Source: Histomonas meleagridis 2922-C6/04-290x
Taxonomy: Eukaryota; Protista; Parabasalia
Assembly (NCBI GenBank): GCA_020184695.1
Contig: JAANOX010000042.1
Location: 310,001 to 374,000, forward strand
Length of the DNA stretch: 64,000 bases
Direction: 5' to 3'
Shown here one piece after another: positions 34,962 to 45,193 of this stretch. Each line of letters starts with the position of its first letter. The first letter of the stretch is position 1. The position numbers and the translations under genes were made by a program. The notes under the pieces are model-generated. The model ran no database searches, was not told where the DNA came from, and saw nothing but the letters and a program-made list of their open reading frames with translations.

Positions 34962-35513
34962 ATGATAAGGATAAATATCCTAAACGAAAGGGGACAAAGG
35001 GAATCCGTAAGTATTCTCCCAACAGACTCAATACAATGTTTACAAAATAGTTTGAGTATTGATCCAAATACCAAAATATATTTTGTTTACAGAGACTTTT
35101 GTATCCTTCCTTTCCTCAGCTTCGAGTTTTATAACATTAAGGATGGTGATGAAATAAAAATCTTTAAAAGTAATATGGTTCTTCCAAAAAAGAAGAAGAA
35201 TACAAAGCATTGTACATTTTATCCATCTCTTAAACAGATTCTTTGTAATGTGGAATATTTCCAACTTGTTCCAAATCAAGAGAATGGAATAATGTTATAT
35301 AACGGAATTGTTGATCATAATTTTTCCGAAACAATTGCAAGAATTAGAGATGCTCCCTTTGCAAAAACAGAATGTTGTTCATTGTTTCATCAGAAAATTA
35401 AGAAGTTACAAAATGAAGATTATTTTGATTACTTTGAATCATGTTCAGAAAAATCGATAATTCCACCTAAGCCTTTAAAACCTTCAACAGAAACTCTTCC
35501 AAAGTTTTGGTGA
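34962..35513 (+). CDS. Hypothetical protein, possibly ubiquitin-like N-terminus
   Basis: 183-aa ATG ORF. The YFVYR...ILP..SFEFYNIKDGDEIKI pattern resembles a ubiquitin-like fold (weak). Confidence 0.55.
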   Translation: MIRINILNERGQRESVSILPTDSIQCLQNSLSIDPNTKIYFVYRDFCILPFLSFEFYNIKDGDEIKIFKSNMVLPKKKKNTKHCTFYPSLKQILCNVEYFQLVPNQENGIMLYNGIVDHNFSETIARIRDAPFAKTECCSLFHQKIKKLQNEDYFDYFESCSEKSIIPPKPLKPSTETLPKFW

Positions 35514-35649
35514 TTTCCTGTACATATAGGAAAAGAATTAATATTATAAACGTCTTTCGAATAATTTTTTTTTCTCATGTGAAAATGTTAAAAATAAATT
35601 CAAAATAAACATATTTAGAAATGATTTTATTTATTCATTTTTGTTTCGA

Positions 35650-38600
35650 TTATGTTTTTTGTTCTTCGTATTGTTTTAATAATTCAATAATTTCATTGTA
35701 GCCATAATAAGTTGCCCATTTAAGAGCTGTATTAAATCATTTAAACAAATTCCAAAAATTAAATTGATACTAAAGTAAATTAAATATATAAATATCTTTT
35801 TCATTTATATCAATTTGTGGCCCTTTTTGTTCAAGAAGTAATTTAACAATTTCGAAACAACCATTTTTAGCAGCACAATAAAATATTGTTTCAAATATTT
35901 TAAATAATTTCCAAATAGAATTTAGAAATACCTTATGATTAAAATGAATATTAAATAAAACAAACATATATTTTTAGCATTGACATCAATTCCTTTTTGC
36001 TCGAGAAGTAATTTAACTATATCTTCATGTCCATTTTCAATTGCATTAAAAATTACTAAATTAAATAATTTAAATATTTCCCAAATTTTAAATTCAAATT
36101 CTAAAATATTAAATGATTTAAATAATTTCCAAATATTATTTTGACATATAAAATTAATAAAATAAATATTAAATAAAACAAATAAATATTTTTAGCATTA
36201 ATATCAATTCCTTCTTGTTCAAGAAGTAATTTGACTATTTCTGTATGACCATTTGAAGATGCTAAAATAAGTGCTGTTTTAAATAATTAAAATAATTTCC
36301 AAATATTATATTGAAATATAAAATTATTAAAATAAATTTCATATAAAACAAATAAATATCTTTAGCATTAATATCAATTCCTTTTTGTTCAAGAAGTAAC
36401 TGAACTATTTCTGTATGACCTTTATCAGATGCTAAAATAAGTGCTGTTTCAATTAATTCAAATATTTCCCAAATATTATTTTGAAATAGAAAATTATAAA
36501 AATAAAATTTATCTTTAGTATTAATATCAATTCCTTCTTTGTCAAGTAGCAATTCAACAATTTCTGTATAACCTTTTTTTGATGCATACATAAGTGCTGT
36601 TTGAAATGATTTAAATAATTTCCAAATATTATTTTGAAATAGAAAATTATTAAAATAAATATTAAATAAAACAAATAAATATCTTTAGCATTAATATCAA
36701 TTCCTTCTTGTTCAAGAAGTAACTTAACTATTTCTGTATGACCTTTTTCCAATGATATTATAAGTGCTGTTTGAAATAATTTAAATAATTTCCAAATATT
36801 ATTTTGAAATAGAAAATTATAAAAATAAAATTTATCTTTAGTATTAATATCAATTCCTTCTTTGTCAAGTAGCAATTCAACAATTTCTGTATAACCTTTT
36901 TTTGATGCATACATAAGTGCTGTTTGAAATGATTTAAATAATTTCCAAATATTATTTTGAAATAGAAAATTATTAAAATAAATATTAAATAAAACAAATA
37001 AATATCTTTAGCATTAATATCAATTCCTTCTTGTTCAAGAAGTAATTTAACTATTCCTATATTACCATTTATAGATGCACAAATAAGTGCTGTATTAAAA
37101 AATTTTGATAATTGTTAAATATTATTTTGAAATATAAAATTATTAAAATAAATATTAAATAAAACAAATAAATATCTTTAGCATTAATATCAATTCCTTC
37201 TTGTTCAAGAAGTAATTTAACTATTTCTGTATGACCATTTGAAGACGCATACATAAGTGCTGTTTGAAATGATTTAAATAATTTCCAAATATTATTTTGA
37301 AATAGAAAATTATTAAAATAAATATTAAATAAAACAAATAAATATCTTTAGCATTAACATCAATTTCTTTTTGTTCAAGAATATATTTTATAAGTTCGAT
37401 GTTTACAATATCAAAAGTAAATATTAGTGAATCTATAGGAAGTTTATTGTTTTCATGAAAATATTTAACAAGATACAAATTACCGCTTCTTAATGCATTA
37501 ATGATATGTAATCGAGTAATTTTTATTCCTTCTTTTACCAAAAATAAAAGAATTTCATAATTACTGCTATTTTGACAAACAGCTGTTAGATTTTCTTGAT
37601 TCAATCCATATTTAAAATTATTCCTACCCATATTCATAATATGATTTCCATAATTTGTTCCTTGATTAATAAATTCATCTAATTTATTTTCATATATATA
37701 ATAAAAGATATCATTCCTATGAAATATGATTGCTGATTGAAATGAACATTCAAAACCTGCTTTATTTTGTTCACAAAGTTTAATAATTTCAATATTCCCA
37801 CCTGCAACTGCATAATACCCCGTTTCTCTTAATACAGCTCCATTTAATAACAAAAACTTAAAACAATTAATCGAACCAAAGAATGCTGCATAATCAATTA
37901 ATGTAATTTTCCAGATATTAATAAATGAATATTTTTCATATATGGATTTAGGTATTGTCTGATTAAAATCAAAACTATTTTGTGTTGATATTTCTTGAAG
38001 TTTTTCAATATCATCATTTCTAATTATTTTTGCTATTTTAGTCGGATTAACTCCTTCTTTATTTAATTTCTTATGGAGTTCCCAATCATATCCTAAAAGT
38101 CCTTCTTTATATAATTGTTTCTTATTTTCATTTGGTTGTTTTTGATTTGATTCGCTTTGAGGAAGACCAAAGCTAATGCCATTAAACTTTACAACACCTG
38201 TATTCATAGTTTCAATTTGATTCTTATTTGAAATTGGAAATGGATTTCCACGTGCAAATGAATACACAGAAATTGGAACTTGATATGGATATAGATTTGG
38301 ACTTTGACTTTGATATATTGGTTTAACATCGGAATCCAATAAATTTTGTTCAACCATTTTATCAATAAAATATTTTGCTTCTGTTGAATTTTTAGATAAT
38401 AAGAATTTATGAAAAAGATCAATAATATTGGGATTATGATTTATGATTTCTAATTCCTTAGTTTGGAGTAACAGTAAGAAATTTAAATATGTGGACGCTT
38501 CTTCTCTCAAAGAGCAAAAAGCAGAATAAACTAATAAGTAAACAGCTATATTAAATGAAATATGATAATTTGGATCTAATATTTCAATTGCTTCTTGAAC

Positions 38601-38693
38601 TGTATTCTCAATATTTTCTTTCTTTATTTTAAAGATTATTCGTTCAAGCGAGAGCAATTTTTGCATGCTGGGAGACTGAGTTGTGACTTCCAT
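35650..38693 (-). CDS. DUF3447-type ankyrin-repeat gene split by ten non-canonical AT-rich spacers
   Basis: 450 open codons (38693-37344, ATG after TCATTT), then ten open ankyrin modules starting at 37263, 37093, 36923, 36770, 36600, 36447, 36277, 36059, 35889 and 35730. The last ends YEEQKT-TAA at 35650. Whether a full-length protein is made is untested. Confidence 0.7.
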
Positions 38694-39768
38694 TATAAAT
38701 GAAATGTAAAATATTGAATTTATTCTAGCCAATAAGCACCTTACAATATTTACATTCTATGATCAATAACAATTATTTGAAAGTTAGAGTTCATAATTGT
38801 ATTCCCTCCTGCTTGGCCAAACCATTTTTTTTTATATATAAAATGATTCCAAAAAATGTATTAAATGACGCACTTCTTATGGGTATGGATGATTGAATCT
38901 GTAATTTATCTTACTCAATGAAAGCTTTGAAAATCAGATTTGCAAAATTTGGATGCTATTCACACAGAAAATTCAGAGCATAAATAATAAAGAAAAACAT
39001 TTTTATTTAAATATCAGGATTTGAGATCTCATTAATTGATTTCAATAGAATTGTTTTTTTAATTCAAAATATTTAAAGAAATTCAGCTGAAAAAACTTTT
39101 CTCTATATCCATCAAATTCTTCTTCACCGCATTTCGATAAATCATGGTTGATTATTGAAACATTTTGAATTGCAGTTTTAATTTCTTCATCTGTTAATTT
39201 GGTCGATATATGATGTTGATTTCGAAGAGGAAGAAAATAAGTATTAAATGCTCTTTGAATGTTCTTGAATATAGTTAAGATATTCCTGTTGCTTTTGACT
39301 CTTTTCAAGGTTGCCAGATGGGAAAAAACTAATTTTTGAATTCATTAGAGGTGTGTAAAATACAGAATTTTGGGAATATATTCAATAAAATAATGGAAAA
39401 GTGGTGATATTTGACTGAGTGTGCTTGATTTTGTTTCAATACATAAATAGAGGTTTTTCACAAAATTCTGAGCATTAATTTACAACGCGCCTCAAATTTT
39501 CGCGTAACGTGTTGCTTTTGATAAGGTATCATTGAATTTCCTATCGTTCGGTGAACACGAAATATCCCTCGAGAAGAAGAAATTGCCGCATTCTGGTTAA
39601 AAAACAAAAACTGTAGCAAAAAATATGATAAAAACCTTACGAAATAATGAATAATTGGTATATTAATCTATTAGAAAAAATGAATTGAGAAAAATATGAT
39701 AAAACATTCATTTGCATAATAAATAAAGAGACAGGTTTAGAAACATAATATTTGCATGACCTTATTTC

Positions 39769-40038
39769 TTAATAAAATCCGTGGAAAAAATCATTTTGGA
39801 TAGAATTTTCCCCATACTTCATATATTGATCGCCCTGAATTTGTTTATCATGTGACATCCAATGAAATTTCCTGCTTATGAAAGGAGCCTTTGGTCGTTT
39901 AATACGATTTGCAATTTCAGATGGTTCAGATGTTAAGCAGCCATTACAAACCATTCTACTTATACCACATTGAGGAGTTTGTGGGAACGAAATTTTTGGA
40001 GAAGATAATCCATTTATTCTGCAAGGAGCTAAATCCAT
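39769..40038 (-). CDS. Small hypothetical protein
   Basis: About 89-aa ATG ORF with GC content above the flanks. No homology recognised. Confidence 0.35.
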   Translation of the reverse strand: MDLAPCRINGLSSPKISFPQTPQCGISRMVCNGCLTSEPSEIANRIKRPKAPFISRKFHWMSHDKQIQGDQYMKYGENSIQNDFFHGFY

Positions 40039-40229
40039 TCTTCTAAAGTCCAATATGCGGTTTCGGTTAAATAGTTGTCAAAAACGAACTCGGATTCCAA
40101 TGACAAAAAGTGACAAGGAGGGTGTCCCGAAAAAACGTGTAAAGTTAAATTAAATACTTTATTTATATTGAAAATTTTCTATGAGTTCTTTGTTGTCTAA
40201 ATTTGAATAAAAATTATACGTAAACGCGG

Positions 40230-40979
40230 ATGAGTAACGAAATTGTTCTAGCACCCGAAAAAAAAGAAGATGTTGTCATGAAAGATGGAATACGTGTAAA
40301 TCAATCTGAAATAGAATATCAAAAATACATGGATCAGCTTTATGAAGAACTTGAAAAAGGGAAAAGTTCATCAATCCAAGTTTCACCTGAACGAACACTA
40401 ATGATGCATCACCCTTTACATTGTGTCGAAATAGGAAGTAATTTTCCAGATATAATCAATGCCATCATTGAAATCCCTGCATTTTCTCGTGTCAAAACTG
40501 AACTTGATATTCAAACAGGTCTTTTAAAAGTCGACAGAATCCTTCATTCTTCTGTAGTTTATCCAGCTAATTATGGATTTATTCCTAAAACAATCGCAGA
40601 TAATGGAGATCCTCTTGATATCCTTGTTCTTTGTCAAGTTTCTGTTCCTCCATTAGCCTTAGTTCGAGCACGTCCCATCGGCATTATGCCCATGTATAAA
40701 TGTGGTGAAGTTGATGATAAGATTATTGCAGTGTCTATAACCGATCCAGAATATAACATATACTACGACGTTAGCCAACTACCGCCGTTTAAGCTTCTTA
40801 TGATTAACCAATTTTTCAACGACTACAGAGCACTCGAAAACAAAGAAGTGAAAACGTTTAAGCCGCTTGGAAATGAGACGGCAAAACAGGTAATCAAAGA
40901 GGCGCATTCGCTGTATCAGAGTTATTATGCTGAGGAAGAAGAAGATGATGAAAGTTCTTCGGAAGAAGAGGAAGAATAA
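40230..40979 (+). CDS. Family I soluble inorganic pyrophosphatase homolog
   Basis: DRILHSSVVYPANYGFIPKT..GDPLD...DDKIIAV. N-terminal extension and acidic tail. Confidence 0.9.
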   Translation: MSNEIVLAPEKKEDVVMKDGIRVNQSEIEYQKYMDQLYEELEKGKSSSIQVSPERTLMMHHPLHCVEIGSNFPDIINAIIEIPAFSRVKTELDIQTGLLKVDRILHSSVVYPANYGFIPKTIADNGDPLDILVLCQVSVPPLALVRARPIGIMPMYKCGEVDDKIIAVSITDPEYNIYYDVSQLPPFKLLMINQFFNDYRALENKEVKTFKPLGNETAKQVIKEAHSLYQSYYAEEEEDDESSSEEEEE

Positions 40980-41557
40980 ATTATTAAATAGCATTTGATT
41001 GCACTTTTTATCTGATTTGAAATCAAATAGAAAGTTGTCGTTTTGGAAATGTGTTTGTTAACATATAACTTGAAAATAACTTCGTTGCGCAAAGTTTCTT
41101 GTTAACATTGAGAATCATTTAACCTTGTTTTAATTCTTTTTATTTGGATATATAAATTTAAATGGTACTTCAAATCTAAATTTATTCTTACATATTGTAA
41201 AAGTACTGGTTTAAAACTTCATGTTGTGTATATAATACATAAAAAGCAATAATTTAATAAAGATATGACAATTTATTGATTTAGAAGATTAAACTCTTCA
41301 AATGCATAATACATAAATTTAAATGGAGTACCACCAAACTATAATATAGATTCTCAAAACACTGAAATAAAGATACAACATAAATCAATCATGAATAAGA
41401 AAAAAAAAATACTTTTAATAAATAAAAATTATGATTTAATTTATGGAGTAATTACATAAGGAATAAAAAAGAAGAAGAAAATAATTATGTTTTTTTAAGT
41501 TAAATTCCTTTGTTTGATACAAAAAAATGAAATTTATAAAAAAACAAACAAGTTTAC

Positions 41558-42634
41558 TTAAATTAATCCTAGTTCAGCTCTTCGTTTTGCGATTTTTCTT
41601 TGATGAACAATACGAGCAATTTCTCGTTTCAGTCTATCATTTTCTTCTCTTTCTTTTATGAGTTCCTTTTCACTTTTTTCCAATTTTCTTTTTAATTCAT
41701 CATAATCAAATTTTGCACTTTGCATTTCGTTGCATTTACTCAAAGATTCTCTTTGGCTCCTTTTAATGTTTGTAATACTCTTTGTCACTTGGGCAGATTC
41801 ATTAGCAGCAGATGTCATAAGAGTTTGGAAATTTGCTTCATTGAGTTGAAGCGACTTTTTAAGGATTTTGTTTTTGTTTTCTAAATCTGCAATTTTTTTA
41901 TGATATATTTTTGAAAGTTGATTAATTTGATCTGTCTTATTTTTGAGTTTGTTCTGATAATCTGTTTCTATGTCTGTTAATTGTTGTTGAAGATTTTCGA
42001 TTTGTGCTGTGTGATTAGATTCCATATTTTCTAAGGAACGAACACAGTCTGTAAGTTGGTTTTTAGCACGAATAAGCCTCTTTAGTCTTTCGTTGTTAGA
42101 GTTTTGAATGGATTCTTCAAGTGATGATATTCGTTGTGAATCAAAATCAGTGATTAAATCTTCTTCAATAGTTATTGTTTTACCTTGAATTTTTTGAATT
42201 TTTTCTTTGGTCTGTTCTATTTTATGTGTTGTTATTTGGATTTGTCGTTCGATGGGTTGACATTTTTCTTCAATGAGATTTTGATTATGTGCTTCAATTT
42301 CTAACAAAGTAGATTCAAAGTCATCGTTGATTTCTTGGATTTCTTTGGATTGCTGTTCAATTAATTGTTGAATTGCATTTTGATATCGCGAATTAAATTG
42401 TGATATTTTGGTTTTATAAATAACACTTTTTCGCTTTTCTTTACCATCTTTTGTATTATGAGCTTGTTGATAATGACGATCTAATTTGCGAATTCTATCT
42501 TGTATCTCTTTGATTTCTGCTTGAATTAATCCATAATATTCTGAACATTGCCGAAGTTGATCATTTGCAATATTTATGTTTTGCTGTACTTTCGTCTGGA
42601 ATTGATTTATACGCCTTTCCATTGCTAAAGTCAT
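41558..42634 (-). CDS. Coiled-coil hypothetical protein
   Basis: 358-aa Q/K/E-rich ORF. Confidence 0.75.
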   Translation of the reverse strand: MTLAMERRINQFQTKVQQNINIANDQLRQCSEYYGLIQAEIKEIQDRIRKLDRHYQQAHNTKDGKEKRKSVIYKTKISQFNSRYQNAIQQLIEQQSKEIQEINDDFESTLLEIEAHNQNLIEEKCQPIERQIQITTHKIEQTKEKIQKIQGKTITIEEDLITDFDSQRISSLEESIQNSNNERLKRLIRAKNQLTDCVRSLENMESNHTAQIENLQQQLTDIETDYQNKLKNKTDQINQLSKIYHKKIADLENKNKILKKSLQLNEANFQTLMTSAANESAQVTKSITNIKRSQRESLSKCNEMQSAKFDYDELKRKLEKSEKELIKEREENDRLKREIARIVHQRKIAKRRAELGLI

Positions 42635-42686
42635 GAGATTTTTGTACGTTTAGAAAATTATTTATGAAAAAGTGTCATCATCAAAA

Positions 42687-42869
42687 ATGTCCAGAAAAAG
42701 AGAAAGAGTTCATTTCACTGAGCAAACATCACGTGAAGACTTGGAGAAATTTGCATCTTCAATAAAGTGCCCAAATTTTAAGTATAGTGATGTTCTAAGA
42801 ACACATGCCTATTTGGTCTCAAAGGAAAAAATTTTCTTCAATAAATCAAGTACGGGATCTCAAGGCTAA
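42687..42869 (+). CDS. Small basic hypothetical protein (60 aa)
   Basis: ATG preceded by Inr-like TCATCA, divergent from the 42634 ATG, coding-like composition. Confidence 0.4.
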   Translation: MSRKRERVHFTEQTSREDLEKFASSIKCPNFKYSDVLRTHAYLVSKEKIFFNKSSTGSQG

Positions 42870-43126
42870 TAACGCACAAAGCAAATTTATACTTTATTAT
42901 ATCTAAATAAATAATTTTTTATATTTATCATATTAATTCCCATATATTTATCCAAACAAGTAATTTTATCTCTTAACTTCTTTATTTTGCAATACCTTTC
43001 ATAAAAAAGTTGTATTAATTCTAAAGTTGAAGAGATTATGAAATAAACTAAATTAATTGTTCAATTTACTTTAAACAAAAAAAATTTCATTGACTAAATA
43101 TAAACTAAATATAGAAGAGAATTTAT

Positions 43127-43315
43127 TTATTTATTTTTGATAATATTCCTTAGAATTGGATTATCTGTTTCGAGAAGATATACAACACCTACTGATAAAG
43201 ATATATTTAAAGCAGCAATTGCCACTCTCTTTAATGCTGAAGGCTCTTCTATAGATTTTACTGAATTGTTCCACCAGTCAGAAATGAATTCTAATGGCTT
43301 GGGCATTATCCTCAT
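43127..43315 (-). CDS. Small single-TM hypothetical protein
   Basis: 62-aa ATG ORF with one hydrophobic helix (VAIAALNISLSVGVVYLL). Confidence 0.4.
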   Translation of the reverse strand: MRIMPKPLEFISDWWNNSVKSIEEPSALKRVAIAALNISLSVGVVYLLETDNPILRNIIKNK

Positions 43316-43423
43316 ATTGACCAGGTTTGTTCGAACAAACCCAATTGGATGTAAATGTTGAAATCAAAATTGTGAATATGCAAATTGTTCTGAAAAAAAT
43401 CAATTGATTTGTTTAACAAATTT

Positions 43424-43625
43424 CTAATTACCTGCATCAAATGCTTCTTGTTTAAGAAACAATTTAACTATTTCTGTTTGACCATTTTTAGTTGCACATG
43501 TAAGTGCTGTATTAAATTTTTTTAATAATTTCCGAATATTATTTTGAAATATAAAATTATTAAAACAAATATTAAAAAAAAAATAAGTATCATTAGCATT
43601 AATATCATTTCCTTCTTGTCCCAGG
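43424..43625 (-). repeat. Orphan ankyrin+spacer cassette
   Basis: QEGNDINAND, a 78-nt spacer with the family core TTTCAAAATAATATTCGGAAA, then TALTCATKNGQTEIVKLFLKQE...TAG. Confidence 0.8.
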
Positions 43626-43755
43626 AAATTATTTTCCTAAGAGCTTCTGTATGCCATATCTGATATTTTACTTAGCGAAGTAAGCGATCTGTGTGCCACG
43701 GACAATTATTTATTGAAAATGTTCAAATAGATATAATCGAAAAGAAATTACATCT

Positions 43756-44073
43756 TTGGTTATTACTCAAAAATACGAAAAAAAATTACTCCTTCAACAA
43801 AAATGAATTGATATTAATGCTAATAATATTTATTTTATTTAAAATTTATTTTGATAATTTTATATTATAAAATAATATTTTGAAAATATTTAAAACAGCA
43901 CTTATTTTAGCATCTTGGAATGGTCATACAGAAATAGTTAAATTACTTCTTGAACAAGAAGGAATTGATATTAATGCTAAAGATATTTATTTGTTTTATT
44001 TGGTGTTTCAAAATAATATTTGGAAATTATTTAAATTAAATAAAACAGCTGTTGGTCATCACTCAAAAATACG
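43756..44073 (+). repeat. Orphan ankyrin+spacer cassette (opposite strand)
   Basis: Degenerate module, spacer, TALILASWNGHTEIVKLLLEQEGIDINAKD, 60-nt spacer, truncated module. Confidence 0.8.
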
Positions 44074-44089
44074 CAGCTCAAAGCTCAAC

Positions 44090-45112
44090 TTATGGATTGT
44101 GATTCAAAGTTTCGACTGTGTAAGTTCCGTCGCTTTTGCAAATGAATTGCATTTCTTTCCCATCAATTACCTTTTTATAAATTTTCGTTTCGTTTCTCTT
44201 CTTATCAATCATAGTTTCGATTTCTTTTATTTCGCTTAGAATTTCTTCGATTTCTTCATCCAAATTATTTTCTTGATCAGAAATGTTTTCGAAGAATTTA
44301 TCACTTTCTTCATAAGCGCTGTTAATATTTTCATTTATTTGCTCCAATTTGTCGTATAATGGTTTCGACACCTCATCAATAAGAGAATTGAAAATCGATT
44401 TGATCTCAAATTTCTCCGACCGCTGACCGTCCGCTTCTTGATTTACTTTATCGAGGCGCGAATTGATTTCGTTTTCGAGCGAATTTAATTCAGTTTCGGC
44501 ATCAATAAATTCTTTTTCATATTTTTCTTGGAATTGGTTAAAGATGTCATCGATTTTATTGTCAGTTTCGCGTATTGTTTGGTCGAGTTTGTCTTGATTT
44601 AACTCGATTTCTGATTGTGTATTTTTTATTTGATTCTGTAATTCGGTAATTTGGCTGGTGTAGTTGCGCCACGGACTGAGTTCTTCTTCTTTGGCGTCTG
44701 CTTTGTGTGATAGGTTGCGAGATAATTTGGCGATGTTCAAAAGTGATTCATCAAATTCCTTTTTGAACGCGTGATATTCATTTTGTATTGGTTTGATTTG
44801 GAGCGAAGCAGATATTGTTGGAGAAGTCTGTGCTTTTAATGAAAGTGCTTGAACTTTCCGCGATATTTCTAATGATTCATTTTGAATATTTTTTATAACA
44901 TTCCGAAGATTTTCTGTTTCTTTTTCTTCTTCAGAGATTGCTTTTTGTTGCTGGTTTTTTTGTGGTAAATCAGCACAAAATTTTTCAAGTTCAATTATCT
45001 TTCGTTCAATTTCTTCTATTTTTGAATCTACCGAATTTTGATCTTCTGTTTCTTCTTGTGGTACATATAAGGTTTTTGGTTGTGTCTCATTAAATATATT
45101 ATCATGTTCCAT
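44090..45112 (-). CDS. Coiled-coil hypothetical protein
   Basis: 340-aa E/K/Q-rich ORF. Confidence 0.75.
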   Translation of the reverse strand: MEHDNIFNETQPKTLYVPQEETEDQNSVDSKIEEIERKIIELEKFCADLPQKNQQQKAISEEEKETENLRNVIKNIQNESLEISRKVQALSLKAQTSPTISASLQIKPIQNEYHAFKKEFDESLLNIAKLSRNLSHKADAKEEELSPWRNYTSQITELQNQIKNTQSEIELNQDKLDQTIRETDNKIDDIFNQFQEKYEKEFIDAETELNSLENEINSRLDKVNQEADGQRSEKFEIKSIFNSLIDEVSKPLYDKLEQINENINSAYEESDKFFENISDQENNLDEEIEEILSEIKEIETMIDKKRNETKIYKKVIDGKEMQFICKSDGTYTVETLNHNP

Positions 45113-45193
45113 TTTTCGAGAGAACTAACGTATTTTGGAGCACCCCAAAGTTATAATCATAAACCATTCAATACTTATCGTTGTTTATAACCT

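Noticed and set aside
37260-37335. Canonical GT-AG intron in the ankyrin spacer (TTT|GTTTT ... AAACAG|CA)
   Set aside because: It would remove 76 nt, which does not restore frame (needs 2 mod 3) and would delete the conserved Thr. The GT is missing from several spacers and there is no ACTAAC branch motif.
37262-37345. AT-AC (U12-type) intron in the ankyrin spacer
   Set aside because: Available AT...AC pairs remove 84, 82, 78 or 69 nt, none restoring frame, and there is no ATATCC 5' motif.
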